DNA of 63,405 nucleotides, counting the filler, from Octopus bimaculoides (taxonomy: Eukaryota), in NCBI RefSeq assembly GCF_001194135.2. It is 7 parts of 6 records of this genome, joined end to end, with 100 filler letters (N's around TTAATTAATTAA, not from the genome) between each part and the next. Parts side by side here need not be neighbours in the genome. Positions count along the whole stretch, not along the records: positions 1 to 29,408 come from NC_068981.1; positions 29,509 to 38,792 come from NC_069000.1; 5 more parts are not named here. One strand, given 5' to 3'. A model generated the notes under the pieces. The model saw nothing but the letters and a program-made list of their open reading frames with translations, was not told the DNA's origin and did no database searches. This document shows positions 22,630 to 34,595 of the stretch, in pieces (positions within the stretch are counted from its first letter, which is position 1; every line of letters begins with the position of its first letter). Made by a program: the position numbers and the translations under genes.

Positions 22630-23180
22630 TAACAGTATCCGACCTCTCTCCTCCAAAGTCGATGCAGTTCAACGCATCTCACCTACTGAAAGCAAATACT
22701 AAAAGAGATGTTCCTATCACTCTATCTGCCAAAGCATTATCTTCTTTTGAGGCAATTAAGAAGGAAATAGCTTCTGTTCCCTTGCTTGCACATCCGGCTC
22801 CTGATACTCATCTCTCTTTAATAGTTGATGCATTGGATTCTGCGGTTGGTGCTGTTTTGCAACATACTGCCAACAATCAAACTCAGCCTTTGGAATTTTT
22901 TCTCATCAATTACAGCCAGCTGATTGTTGTTACAGTACGCTTGATCGTGACCTCTTAGCGATCTACCTGTCAATTCGTCACTTTCAACATCAACTCGAGG
23001 TCCAGGATTTTGTTATTTATACTGATCACAAGCCTCTTACGTTTGCTCTGTCATCCAAATCGGACAAACACTCACCTCGTGCTCTTTGTCACCTGGACTA
23101 CATTTTCCAGTTCACAAGTGACATTCGGCATATACCTGAAACAGAGAATGTGCCTGCTGATACACTCTCTCGTATCCCTG
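22630..23180 (+). mobile_element. Ty3/Gypsy RT-connection/RNase H fragment
   Basis: PLLAHPAP...LIVDALDSAVGAVLQ...DRDLLAIYLSIRHF...YTDHKPL...ENVPADTLSR with frameshifts. Confidence 0.85.
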
Positions 23181-25149
23181 TATGTTATCTTTCATCTCCT
23201 GCTGCAATCGATTTAACTGCCATTGCGCATTGGGTGTTAATCCAGTCCTAACAGTGGCATGTGTGGGTCTCACAGGTCTGGAGGCCAAGCCTACAGATAA
23301 ATACCAAGGCGAAGGGTGTTGTTATCAAACTGAGAGTGAGTCGTGGGTGAATACACGATGGAATAGCAATTATTTCGTCTTAGTTTTCACTGCTTATAAT
23401 AAGCACATGACATTTTTATCTTACGATAGGGAACATCATCTCCTCAGCCTAGGGAAGTTATCTTTTGAAGTCGGCGTGATGGGAAAGAATTGATGTCTGT
23501 GTGTGTGTGTGTGCGTGTGTGTGTTTTATGGCATTGTGCGAGACAGAAAGTGTGGTGTGTATGTAAAATTGTTTTGTTAGTGTGTGTGAAGAGACAGAGA
23601 GAGCAATGTGCTGGTGTGTGTGTGTGTGAGAGAGAGAGACAGAGAGACAGAAAGAGAGAGAACTGAAATTTTTTTTATTCACTTGTAGTGAGTGAATGTG
23701 TGAGTGATTGACAGAGAAAAAAAAGAGAGAGAGAGATTAGTGAGGTTTAAGCCTAGGAAGTTTCACCCACTGCCAACATTTTACAGAAATAAAATTTCCA
23801 GAGTGAATTACATGGTTCATTATTAAATATATATATATATATCGTGTATATTTGGTGTATATATATACATATATATAATAGCATGTATGTAGACAGGTAA
23901 AAATTCAGACAAACTGGTACGTCAAAAAAATGGATTAATTCTCAGCAAAACACTTTTTTATGCTAGACAAGTCAAGCTTTTTTTTTTCATATTCATTTAG
24001 AGCAAGTTGTTTTACACCTATTACACTATTTTTCTTTTGTTTTTGTGCTCGGGTCAAACACTTTAATTTAAACGCATTGGTTATTTTCTGAGCCCTCTTC
24101 CCCATTTGTCAGCGCGCACTTTCTTCCTCATATTGCTTTAAAACACAGTGCATTACAACTATTACACATTTTGGTTTTCTGAAATTGAAATTGTGAAGTT
24201 GCGATTTTTGCAAATTCATTTTTTTCAGAATTGAAATCTCCATAGCCTAAAACGTGGGATTCCCTAAAAACAAAAAACAAAAAAAAATTAAGAAGCGAAG
24301 GGTTCCATATACGACTGCTAGGACGACAACCACCGATTGTCTGCCTGAAGGATATGTATCGCACCACCGATACCTTTTTTTTATTAATAGTTTAACAAGT
24401 TGGTTAAAAAAATCCCCTTACTTTAAAAGAGTTTGTAGGTGATAGGGCCACCATCCTTGGGTAACCCTATCCTGTACAATCAATTTTCTTTAACGAAGAA
24501 AACAAAAACACTGAATGAATTGAAAAACAGCATAACAGATATCTATTACAAGTTACTCAGCCTTACATCTTGGGGTAACGGATTTGCCAGGTAACCCTTT
24601 ATGGTTGGTGTGAAGATGGCGTCGGTGTAGTTGTGTGGTTGGTTAAGTTATTCTTCACTGTCTCCGTAGTAGACTGTTTTGACTCAAGGTAGAGTTGACA
24701 GAGCGGCTCTTAGAGATGTCTGGTTCCCTCAAACGTTTAGCAGCTAAGAGGTCGAGAAAAGGTGGAAATGCTTGGATACTGGATAACTACACATGTGCAT
24801 AAGAGACTTTCCACATTCCTTCTGGAAGACATGTCCCTGTGCATGCATGGACAAACTCTCCAAAATGGCGACTGGTATCAGGCGCCACAACAAGTTAAGT
24901 AACAGCTCTAATGTTTTTGGAATGAATTGAATTTGGAAATCAGTATGTGTCTTCTAGTCAGCTTCTCTGATTTAGTCTGAATATGTTTGTTCAACCAATA
25001 TACTTCATTCACTTAAAGCATTAGAAGTGCCTTACATGAGAGATGGAGTGAAAAGTAATGGGAGTAGAGTAGAGTATAATACTACACTAAGATGATTAGT
25101 TGAAGAGAATGGCGTATATATAAATGAAATTAACGTATAGTAGTAGTAG

Positions 25150-26025
25150 TGGGGGTGGGTGCGCTGAAAGTGTAGCTGCTAGAATAAGAATAGCCTGGGC
25201 AAAGTTTAGAGAGCTCTTACCCCTGCTGGCGACAAAGGGACTCTCACTCAGAGTAAAAGGCAGACTGTATGACGCATGCGTACGAACAACCATGCTACAT
25301 GGCAGTGAAACATGGGCTGTAACTGCTGAGGACATACGTAAGCTCGCAAGGAATGAAGCCAGTATGCTCCGTTGGATGTGTAATGTCAATGTGAATACCC
25401 GTCAGAGTGTAAGTATCTTGAGAGAAAAGCTGAACATTAGAAGCATCAGTTGTGGCGTGCAAGAGAGACGATTGCGCTGGTATGGACATGTGGTGAGAAT
25501 GGAGGAGGATANNNNNNNNNNNNNNNNNNNNNNNNNNNNNNNNNNNNNNNNNNNNNNNNNNNNNNNNNNNNNNNNNNNNNNNNNNNNNNNNNNNNNNNNN
25601 NNNNNNNNNNNNNNNNNNNNNNNNNNNNNNNNNNNNNNNNNNNNNNNNNNNNNNNNNNNNNNNNNNNNNNNNNNNNNNNNNNNNNNNNNNNNNNNNNNNN
25701 NNNNNNTCTTGAGCGTGGCCGTTGCCAGTACCGCCTGACTGGCTCCTGTAGGATTTTCGAGCGAGATCGTTGCCAGTGCCCCTGGACTGGCTTGTGCGGG
25801 TGGCACATAAAAGACACCATTTCGAGCGTGGCCGTTTTCGTGCGGGTGACACGTAAAAGCACCCACTACACTCTCTGAGTGGTTGGCGTTAGGAAGGGCA
25901 TCCAGCTGTAGAAACTCTGCCAAATCAGACTGGAGCCTGGTGTTGCCATCCGGTTTCACCAGTCCTCAGTCAAATCGTCCAACCCATGCTAGCATGGAAA
26001 GCGGACGTTAAACGATGATGATGAT
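25150..26025 (+). mobile_element. 5'-truncated RTE LINE, gap inside
   Basis: KGRLYDACVRTTMLHGSETW...RLRWYGHVVRM followed by the same 3' UTR and (GAT)n tail. Confidence 0.9.
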
Positions 26026-27082
26026 ATAAATGAAATATTAACGTATATATAAATGTTATGTGAACAATAATATATATAAGATAAACTTACTTACATATTA
26101 TATGGCAAGGTTTCCTTGAAACAGATGTTCGGCAGCCAAACAAATACTAGCGGACTGCATAAATCTAGAAGAATGTAATTCATATCTGTAAAGAAAAAAA
26201 GGTGTGGCTTTCATTCACACATTACACAGTGAAACATATATATAAATCTGTTAAAAACTTCTTTATGTACCTCACTTCCCATGAGATTTTCAAAAGTTTC
26301 TTATGATCTTATATCTTACTTCGTTTACAATTTTAATTTATCGGTGTTCCTTCGATATAACTCAGTTGTTTCCGTAACAACTTAACAATTCACTTAGGAT
26401 ATCTCCGTAACAGTTGCTGAAATAAGAGGAGTTGAAGAAAGCTAAAGGGTTGTGTGTGCGTGCGCGCTTGTTCTTGTCTCTGTGTGTGTGTGCATGTGTG
26501 CTTTGTGTGTGTGTATGTGCTTGTTCTTGCCTCTGTGTGTGTGTGCTTGTTCTTGTCTCTGTGTGTGTGCGTGTGTGTCTGTGCCAGTTCTGTTTTTATC
26601 AAGTGACCATTGTGAGAAATTGCTGGCAAGCATTAGGAATTTTTCAAACGATAATTAACCCTTTCGTTACTATATTTCTGACCAAAATACACCTCTCATC
26701 GACTGGCCCTCTCCTCCAAAATTTCGGAACTTGTGCCTAGACAAAAAAAAAAAAAAAAAAAAATTAAAATTGATTTAATCACTGTATCTTTCAATGAAAC
26801 TTGCTTTGAAATTTGTTGCACACCTGCACGACTTACATAATTTCAACCTCTGTCAGAACTGTATGTGTACTTCCATGCAATGAATGTTACATTTGCTTTC
26901 CAAAGTGTAATATCCTGCCTGTATCCTTCAATGTATTCTGCTTTAAAATTTATTGCACAACTGTTAAATAATTCCAACCTCTGCCTGAACTCAGTACTTC
27001 TATGGAATGAATGTTACATTTGCTTTCCAAAGTGTAATATCCTCCTTGTATCTTTCAATGTGCCCTCTACAGGTCACTAAAT

Positions 27083-27820
27083 ATTGAGGTATCTTGGAGT
27101 CACCTCCTTGATGATGGATGCGATGTATGCATTCACCACCTCCACTCGACCTTTTAGGGTGTCCAACCATTTCGGACGTGTGGGCTTGTGCCAAACGGCT
27201 GCTGTCACATGTGGGACGAGCCCGCCTGTTAGCCGAGTCTATCATGAAAGTTGCTCCACCACCTTCCCTTAACTGAGAAGACAAGGCAGTCTTCATTGTA
27301 GTGGTCGCCATGGTGAAAGAATGTGTGTGGTGGACTTGAGCAAAAGGTTTAGAGACAAACACTTACCTCTCTGGGCAATCGCTCATCAACTTTTTCAAGT
27401 ATCACTTGAAAAGGAAGGTGAGAATAGAGAGGTAAGTTTTGTCACATAAAAGTTTCAATAAAAGGCGGGTGAATGTAGCAAAGATGATGCGTGCAAGTAA
27501 CGAAACCACTTTGAGCATGATCCTGTAAGTTGAAGAAAGAGAGAGAGAAAGAGAGCACTCCCTGCCTGAGGTTACCGTGGTCTTTTCCGTAGGCTTTTCT
27601 TTCCACGGATAAACCTAATCTTGCTTTTTACACTTTTAAAATTTTTCTGTGATACATGACCCTCCCACCTCTTTTTTTATTTTTATTCTTCTCATGATCC
27701 TTTTGATTGGAATTTTATTTTTCTGCTTTTTACGTTTTTTTTCTATTTTCGAAAAGCAAAGCTCTGCATTGTATTTTGTCCCCTCTGTGTTTGGCCCTGT
27801 GTGGCTTATAAAGAAACTTA
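27083..27820 (+). mobile_element. L1/Tx1-like LINE 3' end (related fragment at 16880-17205)
   Basis: KAVFIVVVAMVKECVWWT*AKGLETNTYLSGQSLINFFKYHLKRKVR, T-rich 3' UTR, ATAAAGAAA then (TCTA)n. Confidence 0.65.
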
Positions 27821-27830
27821 TCTATCTGTA

Positions 27831-27919
<89 letters not shown>

Positions 27920-28559
27920 CATCTAACTAGTTATCTATCTATCTATCTATCTATCTATCTGTCTATCTATCTATCTATCTATCTATCTACTTTTTATTTG
28001 TTTCAGACGATTGCGGTCATGTTGGGGCACCGCTCTGTGGGGGTTTAGTCAAATAAATCAATCCCAGGACTCGTATTTTGAAGCCTAGTTAGTACTAATT
28101 CTAGTGTCCTCTTTCGCTGTGCCGCTAAGTTACAGGGACGAAAACACACCAACACCGATTGTCAAGGGGTGGTGGGGGGCAAACACAGACATATATATAT
28201 ATATATATGTGTGTGTTATTTTATTCAATCATTTGACTGTGGCCATGCTAGAGCACCGTCTTTAGTCGAAAAAATCGACCTGCAGAATGTAACCCTAGTA
28301 CTTATTCTATGGGTCTTTTTTTGACAAACTGCTAAGTTATGGTGACATAAGCACACCAACATCAGGTGTCAACCGATGGTGGGTAGGAGGACAAACACAG
28401 ACACAAAAATATATGTATTTATACATGCAAGAGTGGCTGTGTGGTAAATAGCTTGCTTCCCAACCACACGGTTCTGGGTTCAGTCCCACTGCATGGCATC
28501 TTGGGCAAGTGTCTTCTACTATAGTCTCGGGCTGACCAAAGNNNNNNNNNNTTCCCCAC

Positions 28560-29010
28560 TCTCGCCTCCCCCACCTCCCAACACCCTCACATCACACCAC
28601 ACATCACTTCACAACACACACCACACACACACTACAACTGACCAACTCCTTTCTCCCCTTTCCATTTTTTCACACCTACATACACACATACATACATCAA
28701 GATCACCAGCATTCTCTCTCACACACACACAGCTCCTCGTATTTGGGTCACCGTTTCTTTCCCCTTTTGTTATCTCCCCTTTTTCTTAGCTCTCCTGCGT
28801 GAACTTTCTGTCCGGCAGTCGCCATGATAGATCACTGACCAAAACATTCAATGTTTTTTCTCCGTGTTTTTCTCCTTGTTTTCTCCGTATTCTTTCTGTT
28901 GAAGAGCGTAGCTCGAAATGTTAAAGACTTTCTCTATTCCTGAGCATTAAACTAATACATCCTTTTGTTGTTTACACCACTTGTCCTCGTCTGTTGTTTT
29001 TTTCGTAAAT
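28560..29010 (+). mobile_element. Penelope-like terminal repeat remnant containing the variant hammerhead (similar type at ~40000-40300)
   Basis: Pyrimidine-rich tract, hammerhead-like motif and T-rich tail. Confidence 0.4.
28891..28927 (+). ncRNA. Variant or degenerate hammerhead motif
   Basis: TCTTT-CTGTTGA-A-GAGC gta GCTC-GAA-ATGT-T-AAAGA; stems I and II are perfect, but core A6 is U and stem III has wobble pairs. Confidence 0.45.
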
Positions 29011-29452
29011 TCTCCCATATATATATATATATACATGTATATGTATAGCTGTATATGTATAGATGTATATATATATAGATGTATATATATATATAGATAT
29101 AGATGTATATATGTAGATGTATATATATAGATGTACATGTAATATGTACACATATATATACACATATGTACATGCATACATATATACACTCATACATACA
29201 TACATATACCTACATGCACACACACGCACATACATAGGTGCAGATATGGCTGTGTGGTAAGAAACTTGGTTCCAAAACACATGATCCTCAGTTCAGTCCC
29301 ACTGTGTGGTGACTTGGCATGTGTCTTCTGCTATAGCCTCAGACCAACCAAAGCTTTGTGAGTGGATTTTGTAGACAAAAACTGAAAGAAATCAATCGTA
29401 TATATATANNNNNNNNNNNNNNNNNNNNNNNNNNNNNNNNNNNNNNNNNNNN

Positions 29453-29464
29453 TTAATTAATTAA
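29453..29464. other. Artificial scaffold linker TTAATTAATTAA between N-runs (also 38837-38848, 45271-45282, 50503-50514, 52413-52424, 61554-61565)
   Basis: Identical six-frame-stop 12-mer, each centred in about 44 N on either side. Confidence 0.9.
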
Positions 29465-30123
29465 NNNNNNNNNNNNNNNNNNNNNNNNNNNNNNNNNNNN
29501 NNNNNNNNGATCAAATGGTAGAGGAGGATGCCCTGTTTATTAAGAGAAAAAAAAACACGTTTAATAATGAAACCAGTGACTGGTAACTGTGCTAAGTAGA
29601 GCTGTTTGAAGTTTTGTTTTTGTTTGTCTTGTTTTGTTTTTCTCGTTGATTTTTTTATATTGTAAATTATCTGACCTCCTTGTCACATCTCGAAACCGGC
29701 AAAACTACTCCATAAAAACTTGTTCATGTTATCATTTGTGTTTTTATCTTCAAGGTGATTACACTTTTATTTTATTTTATGTTCAAGGTGATTAGTTTTT
29801 TTTAATATTTTTTTATTTTATATTCAAGGTGATTACTTGTTTATTTATTTTATACTTTTTAAAATTTTATTTTGACACTTAAAAATGTCCGCTTAACAGC
29901 GGCGACTGACTTCTGGTCTTCAGAAGACATGATTACAGGCAACTCATAAGTTGTAGGGCCTTCTAGCCCCACCCACTAAAACGATTGTAGAGAGCTAGGT
30001 TTCAGCTGGACACTCAGTAGCATAGAAACAAGGACCAAGTTGCTAACAGAGTGGCTAGTCTCACCCAGAAATGGAATGAAAGGTCGAGAAGAGTTGATGA
30101 ATGCATACGTCGCCTCTTATTTA

Positions 30124-30337
30124 TTCTTTTCTATTCTAGTCACAAGGCCCGAAATTTTTAGGGAGGGGGCCAGTCGATTAGATCGACCCCAGTACACAAC
30201 TGGTACTTAATTTATCGACCCCGAAAGGATGAAAGGCAAAGTCGACCTCGGCGGAATTTGAACTCAGAATGTAAAGACAGACGAAATACCGCTAAGCATT
30301 TCGCCCGGCGTGCTAACGTTTCTGCCAGCGCGCCGCC
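30124..30337 (-). mobile_element. SINE family B, full copy; others at 16656-16870, 17441-17660, 33500-33680, 44585-44790, 49735-50080, 55977-56160, 56607-57022
   Basis: GGCGGCG.GCTGGCAGAA head, GAGTTCAAATTCC B box, central GCCTTTCATCCTTTCGGGGTCGATAAA.TAAGTACCAG motif. Confidence 0.85.
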
Positions 30338-31329
30338 TTGCCGCCTTTTATTTATTGCTGCCTGACTGGCGTCACTTATTCTTTCTTTCACCTAATCAGA
30401 TTGGAGGGTCCACCCTTTCGTTTATTGTAGAATGGACGTATTCTGCTTGTAGAAAGTGGGTCTACTGCTAACACAAGTATGCACTAAAGTTGCGGCGTCT
30501 GCAGAGAATTATAGGTAAGCGAGCAGATATGGTCACCGTTTGTCGGGCATATTTCAACAGCTGTTCTCTTTGACAGAATTGTAGTTATAGATGAATTTAA
30601 AGTCCAAGATTGGGTTGCAGTTCTTTACAAGTCAAGCAACACGGACGGTGGTACGTCAATTCTTGTATTCTTGGTGGGATTGGTGTTAGGCGAGAGTAAT
30701 TACGCCTTCGGGGAGACCTTAAGCTCAAAAGAACGGCCTATTTTGGAGGCCATTCAGTCCGGAGGCTATATATATGTAATCAGAAACCACTGTCAGATAA
30801 TCTAGTGGAGGTGAGCATTACCGATTCAGGAAAAGCTCCATGGGCATTGTAAGATCAACGAAACCATTCCCCATGCATTGATTTAGTGTCCGAGTATGAG
30901 TAGATTGTGGAGTTATGGTGAACAGCTATTGTTGTTCGTATTACAGACGCTGATATCATCCAAGTTCATCGAGGGGATCGCTCTTTCCTTTAAGTGTAGC
31001 TATTTTTCTTCTATCTAGTGGTTGTGATGGAAGAGGTTATATTGAAAGGACTGAGAACACTTTCTTTTTCGACCAAGACATCTGCAAATTCCACAGATAA
31101 AGATGAGTGTCTAAAGGGAAATACTTCTCCACTAATATATTTGCTGAAAGGTCAGTGAGTGTGAGCGTCGATTATAGACTAAGTTAATTGTCATATTTTC
31201 AGCACGTTGTTTTCAAACCGGGTCACAACTGAAAGAGGGCATTGCCTTTTACTGCAGGAGCAATCGGAACTCTGTGGGGTGTCTTAATTGACGATAGTGT
31301 TATGATATAGCACTGTTTGCATTTAGAAA

Positions 31330-31850
31330 AGAAAATATTTGTTCAAATGTTTAACAGCGTGAAAACTGAGAAATGTTCCAGCTGACCTCGCAATTGGAAG
31401 AGATGTGTCTCGTGGGTGGACAGCATATATAGAAATCGTCAGTGAATGATGCTCTTCAAATATTGGTTTACTAAAGTTTGCAAATGATTGAGTCCTATCA
31501 TAGAAGCTTGTCCCAAATATTGTGTTATATTCAAGACTAATTCGCTGAACTCTCAGCACCTGAGCTCTTCTAATGCTAGATTGATACCACAGAGTGTTAC
31601 AATCCCTCGCTGAAAACTGCGGCTTTATTGCAAAGTGGACAACTGATCTGTTTGCACAAAAAATTATTTGAGAGCAACTGGTGTCTTACCCAAGTGAAGT
31701 TTTTATCTTTTATCGGCTTTATGCCACAGCAACTGAAGAGAAATACTTGGCCTAGTGGGACACGATTGGGCCGCTCATGGAGGAACAGACGATAAAATTC
31801 CTTTGATATCCCAATACCTACTCCTCTCATTCAATACTGTCAGATATTTT
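31330..31850 (-). mobile_element. Decayed CR1/L2-like LINE C-terminal region (an endonuclease-like remnant also at 32990-33450, plus)
   Basis: By-eye similarity: FAIKPQF...LW...VLRVQR and KIIIIGNF.ACN; multiple stops. Confidence 0.35.
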
Positions 31851-34595
31851 CCATCCTAATTATGCCCTTGCTAACCCACTTTTTTTTTATTAAATAAGAG
31901 GACAATTAAGCGTTTCTATAACATGTTCATTTGTTTTGTTTTTTTATGTACCCAGCAAGATTATATCATACATAAAGGCATTACATGGGAATAATGTTTA
32001 AAGAATGTTTGTACATATCAGCTTCTTATCATTATAATATATTTTTTTTAAACGGAACAGGACGATAAAAATGAAGAGGTAAAGGAGGTTACCCTCTTTA
32101 CTATATAAAAAATAGTAATGAATCCAGCGACGAGTAAATATGCTAACGGGAGCTTTGGGGTGGGGTTTAATAGTTTGATTTGATTTTTTTTCTTGTTATT
32201 GTAAATTATCTGACCTCCTTGTCACATCTCGAAACCGACAAAACTACTCCATAAAATCTTGATCTTGTTATCATTTGTTTTTATCTTGAAAGTATTTAGT
32301 TTTTTTTATATATATATAGTTAATTTTATTTTACCACTTAACAAATGTCCGCAAATCAGATTCTTAGCCCTGGCTTACAGGAACGAAGTGATAATTATCG
32401 ATTTCAAATTTTGGCACAAGGCCAACAATTTCAAGGGAGCGGGTATGCCGATTACATCGACCCCAGTCCTCAACTGCTACTTATTTCATCGATCTCGAAA
32501 TGATGAAAGGCAAAGTTGTCTTCGGCGAACGAAGTGATAATTCCCGGCAACTCATATGTTGAAGAGGCTCCCTCTACCCACCCTAAGCTGCCAAGACTTT
32601 CTCAGGAAGCTCTTATGTCATTCAGTCTTTAAAAAGTAGAAGTCACGTAACATAATGCAGTCTTTCATACACCTAAGAAGACGGGGTGGTCATTGCTGGA
32701 ATACTTTTGATCGTAGGATTTCTCTATGGTTGCTGATCTAGGGCAAACAACTACAAATAGGAAGAACTATAAAGCAATCAATCCGCTAAATAATTCCCCC
32801 TTCTTCATCACAAACATACCTGAACTTCTGATCAATATGCACCCCAATTGCCATCTCCTGCTAGCATACAAACACACATCTAATCTTTTTTTCAGACACA
32901 AATTCCTTATTCACAAATTCCTCTTCAAAACATCCCAAGTACAAATTTCTCTTCAATACATCTCTGCTCACAGTCAACATTATGCAATCCAAGTTTTCTT
33001 CGAAAAGTGATGTCTGCGTGTATATATTATCTACTTCACGGACATTCACTTCCCTTCTCTAGGCTGGATTTCAGCATTTACTCTAATTAAATTACAGCTA
33101 TAACTCTAATTAAAACTAGTCTTTATTTTTTTTTTTTAAGTTTCACTTTCTGTTTCTACTGCTATCCGAACTTTAACAGTATCTCTCCTTCATCGCACCT
33201 TTCTCTAAGATTATCATCATTTGGCAACTTCAGTGCATGCAACTCTTCTTGATCATGCACACCTCCCACACCGAAGCTGCATTCTGTATTCTATGTACAT
33301 GTTAATGCAAATACCTCCCTATACCCTTAATTAACACAATGGGCCTGCAGATACACATGAGATCTTTATAATTTCCAAACCAAACCTTTACCCTACCATC
33401 GTTGTTTTCTTTACATAAGATTGGCTGGTCACTATCTACTGAATGCAACATGCCTCACATTCTCCTACCGCACAGAAACCGCCGTTTTCAAATTTCAGTT
33501 CATTTTACAGTGGTGATCTGGCAGAATCGTTAGCACGTCGGATAAAATGCCAAGTGGCATTTTGTCCATCTTTATATTCAGAATTCAAATTCTGCCGACA
33601 TCCACTTCGCCTTTCATTTTTTCAGGGCCAATAAAATAAGTACCAGTTGAAGTACCGCTCCAATGTAATCAATCACAAATTTTGCGTAACTTTTCACATG
33701 AAATCATTTACGTACATTGACGTTAGAAACAGAGTGGTACCGGAATAATTGTTAGAGAATCATGCGGATATAACAGAAAGCTGTATTGCATAAATCTTAC
33801 GGACTCGGCTATCAGTCCACATAGTGATCAATTACAAAGAAGAGTAGAGTATCTATGTAACTGGTAATCCAGAAATTCCGATCGATTTTCTTCGTTTACT
33901 TATTGACCAAATTAATCTAATTTTGGCCAGTTTCCTTCCATATACTGTGTGAGTGTGCGTTACTGGAAGTAATAATGCTTGAAGAAGATTGCGTCCTGTG
34001 GAAATCACGTGGTTAAATAAATATATATTTACCTCTCATACCTCCTGACTTCATGGTATGTATAAACATTATTATTTCTAAATCTTTCAAAGAGAGATAT
34101 TCAGTAACAGTTCTTTAAAGATTATTTACCAACATAATGTGGCTGTCCTGGATAGGACGATTGTTACTGTTGTTTATCCCCAGGAAGCACCGTTTCCAGC
34201 TGGTTATACAACACAATATAAGGACACTGATACTGTGTCGTATAGCCAGCTGAAAACGAGGTTTCCTAAGGCTAAACAACAGTAACGATCCTATCCAGAA
34301 CAGCCACATTATGTTGGCAAATAATCTTTACTATATATATATATATATATATATATNNNNNNNNNNNNNNNNNNNNNNNNNNNNNNNNNNNNNNNNNNNN
34401 NNNNNNNNNNNNNNNNNNNNNNNNNNNNNNNNNNNNNNNNNNNNNNNNNNNNNNNNNNNNNNNNNNNNNNNNNNNNNNNNNNNNNNNNNNNNNNNNNNNN
34501 NNNNNNNNNNNNNNNNNNNNNNNNNNNNNNNNNNNNNNNNNNNNNNNNNNNNNNNNNNNNNNNNNNNNNNNNNNNNNNNNNNNCAAACAATCTAT

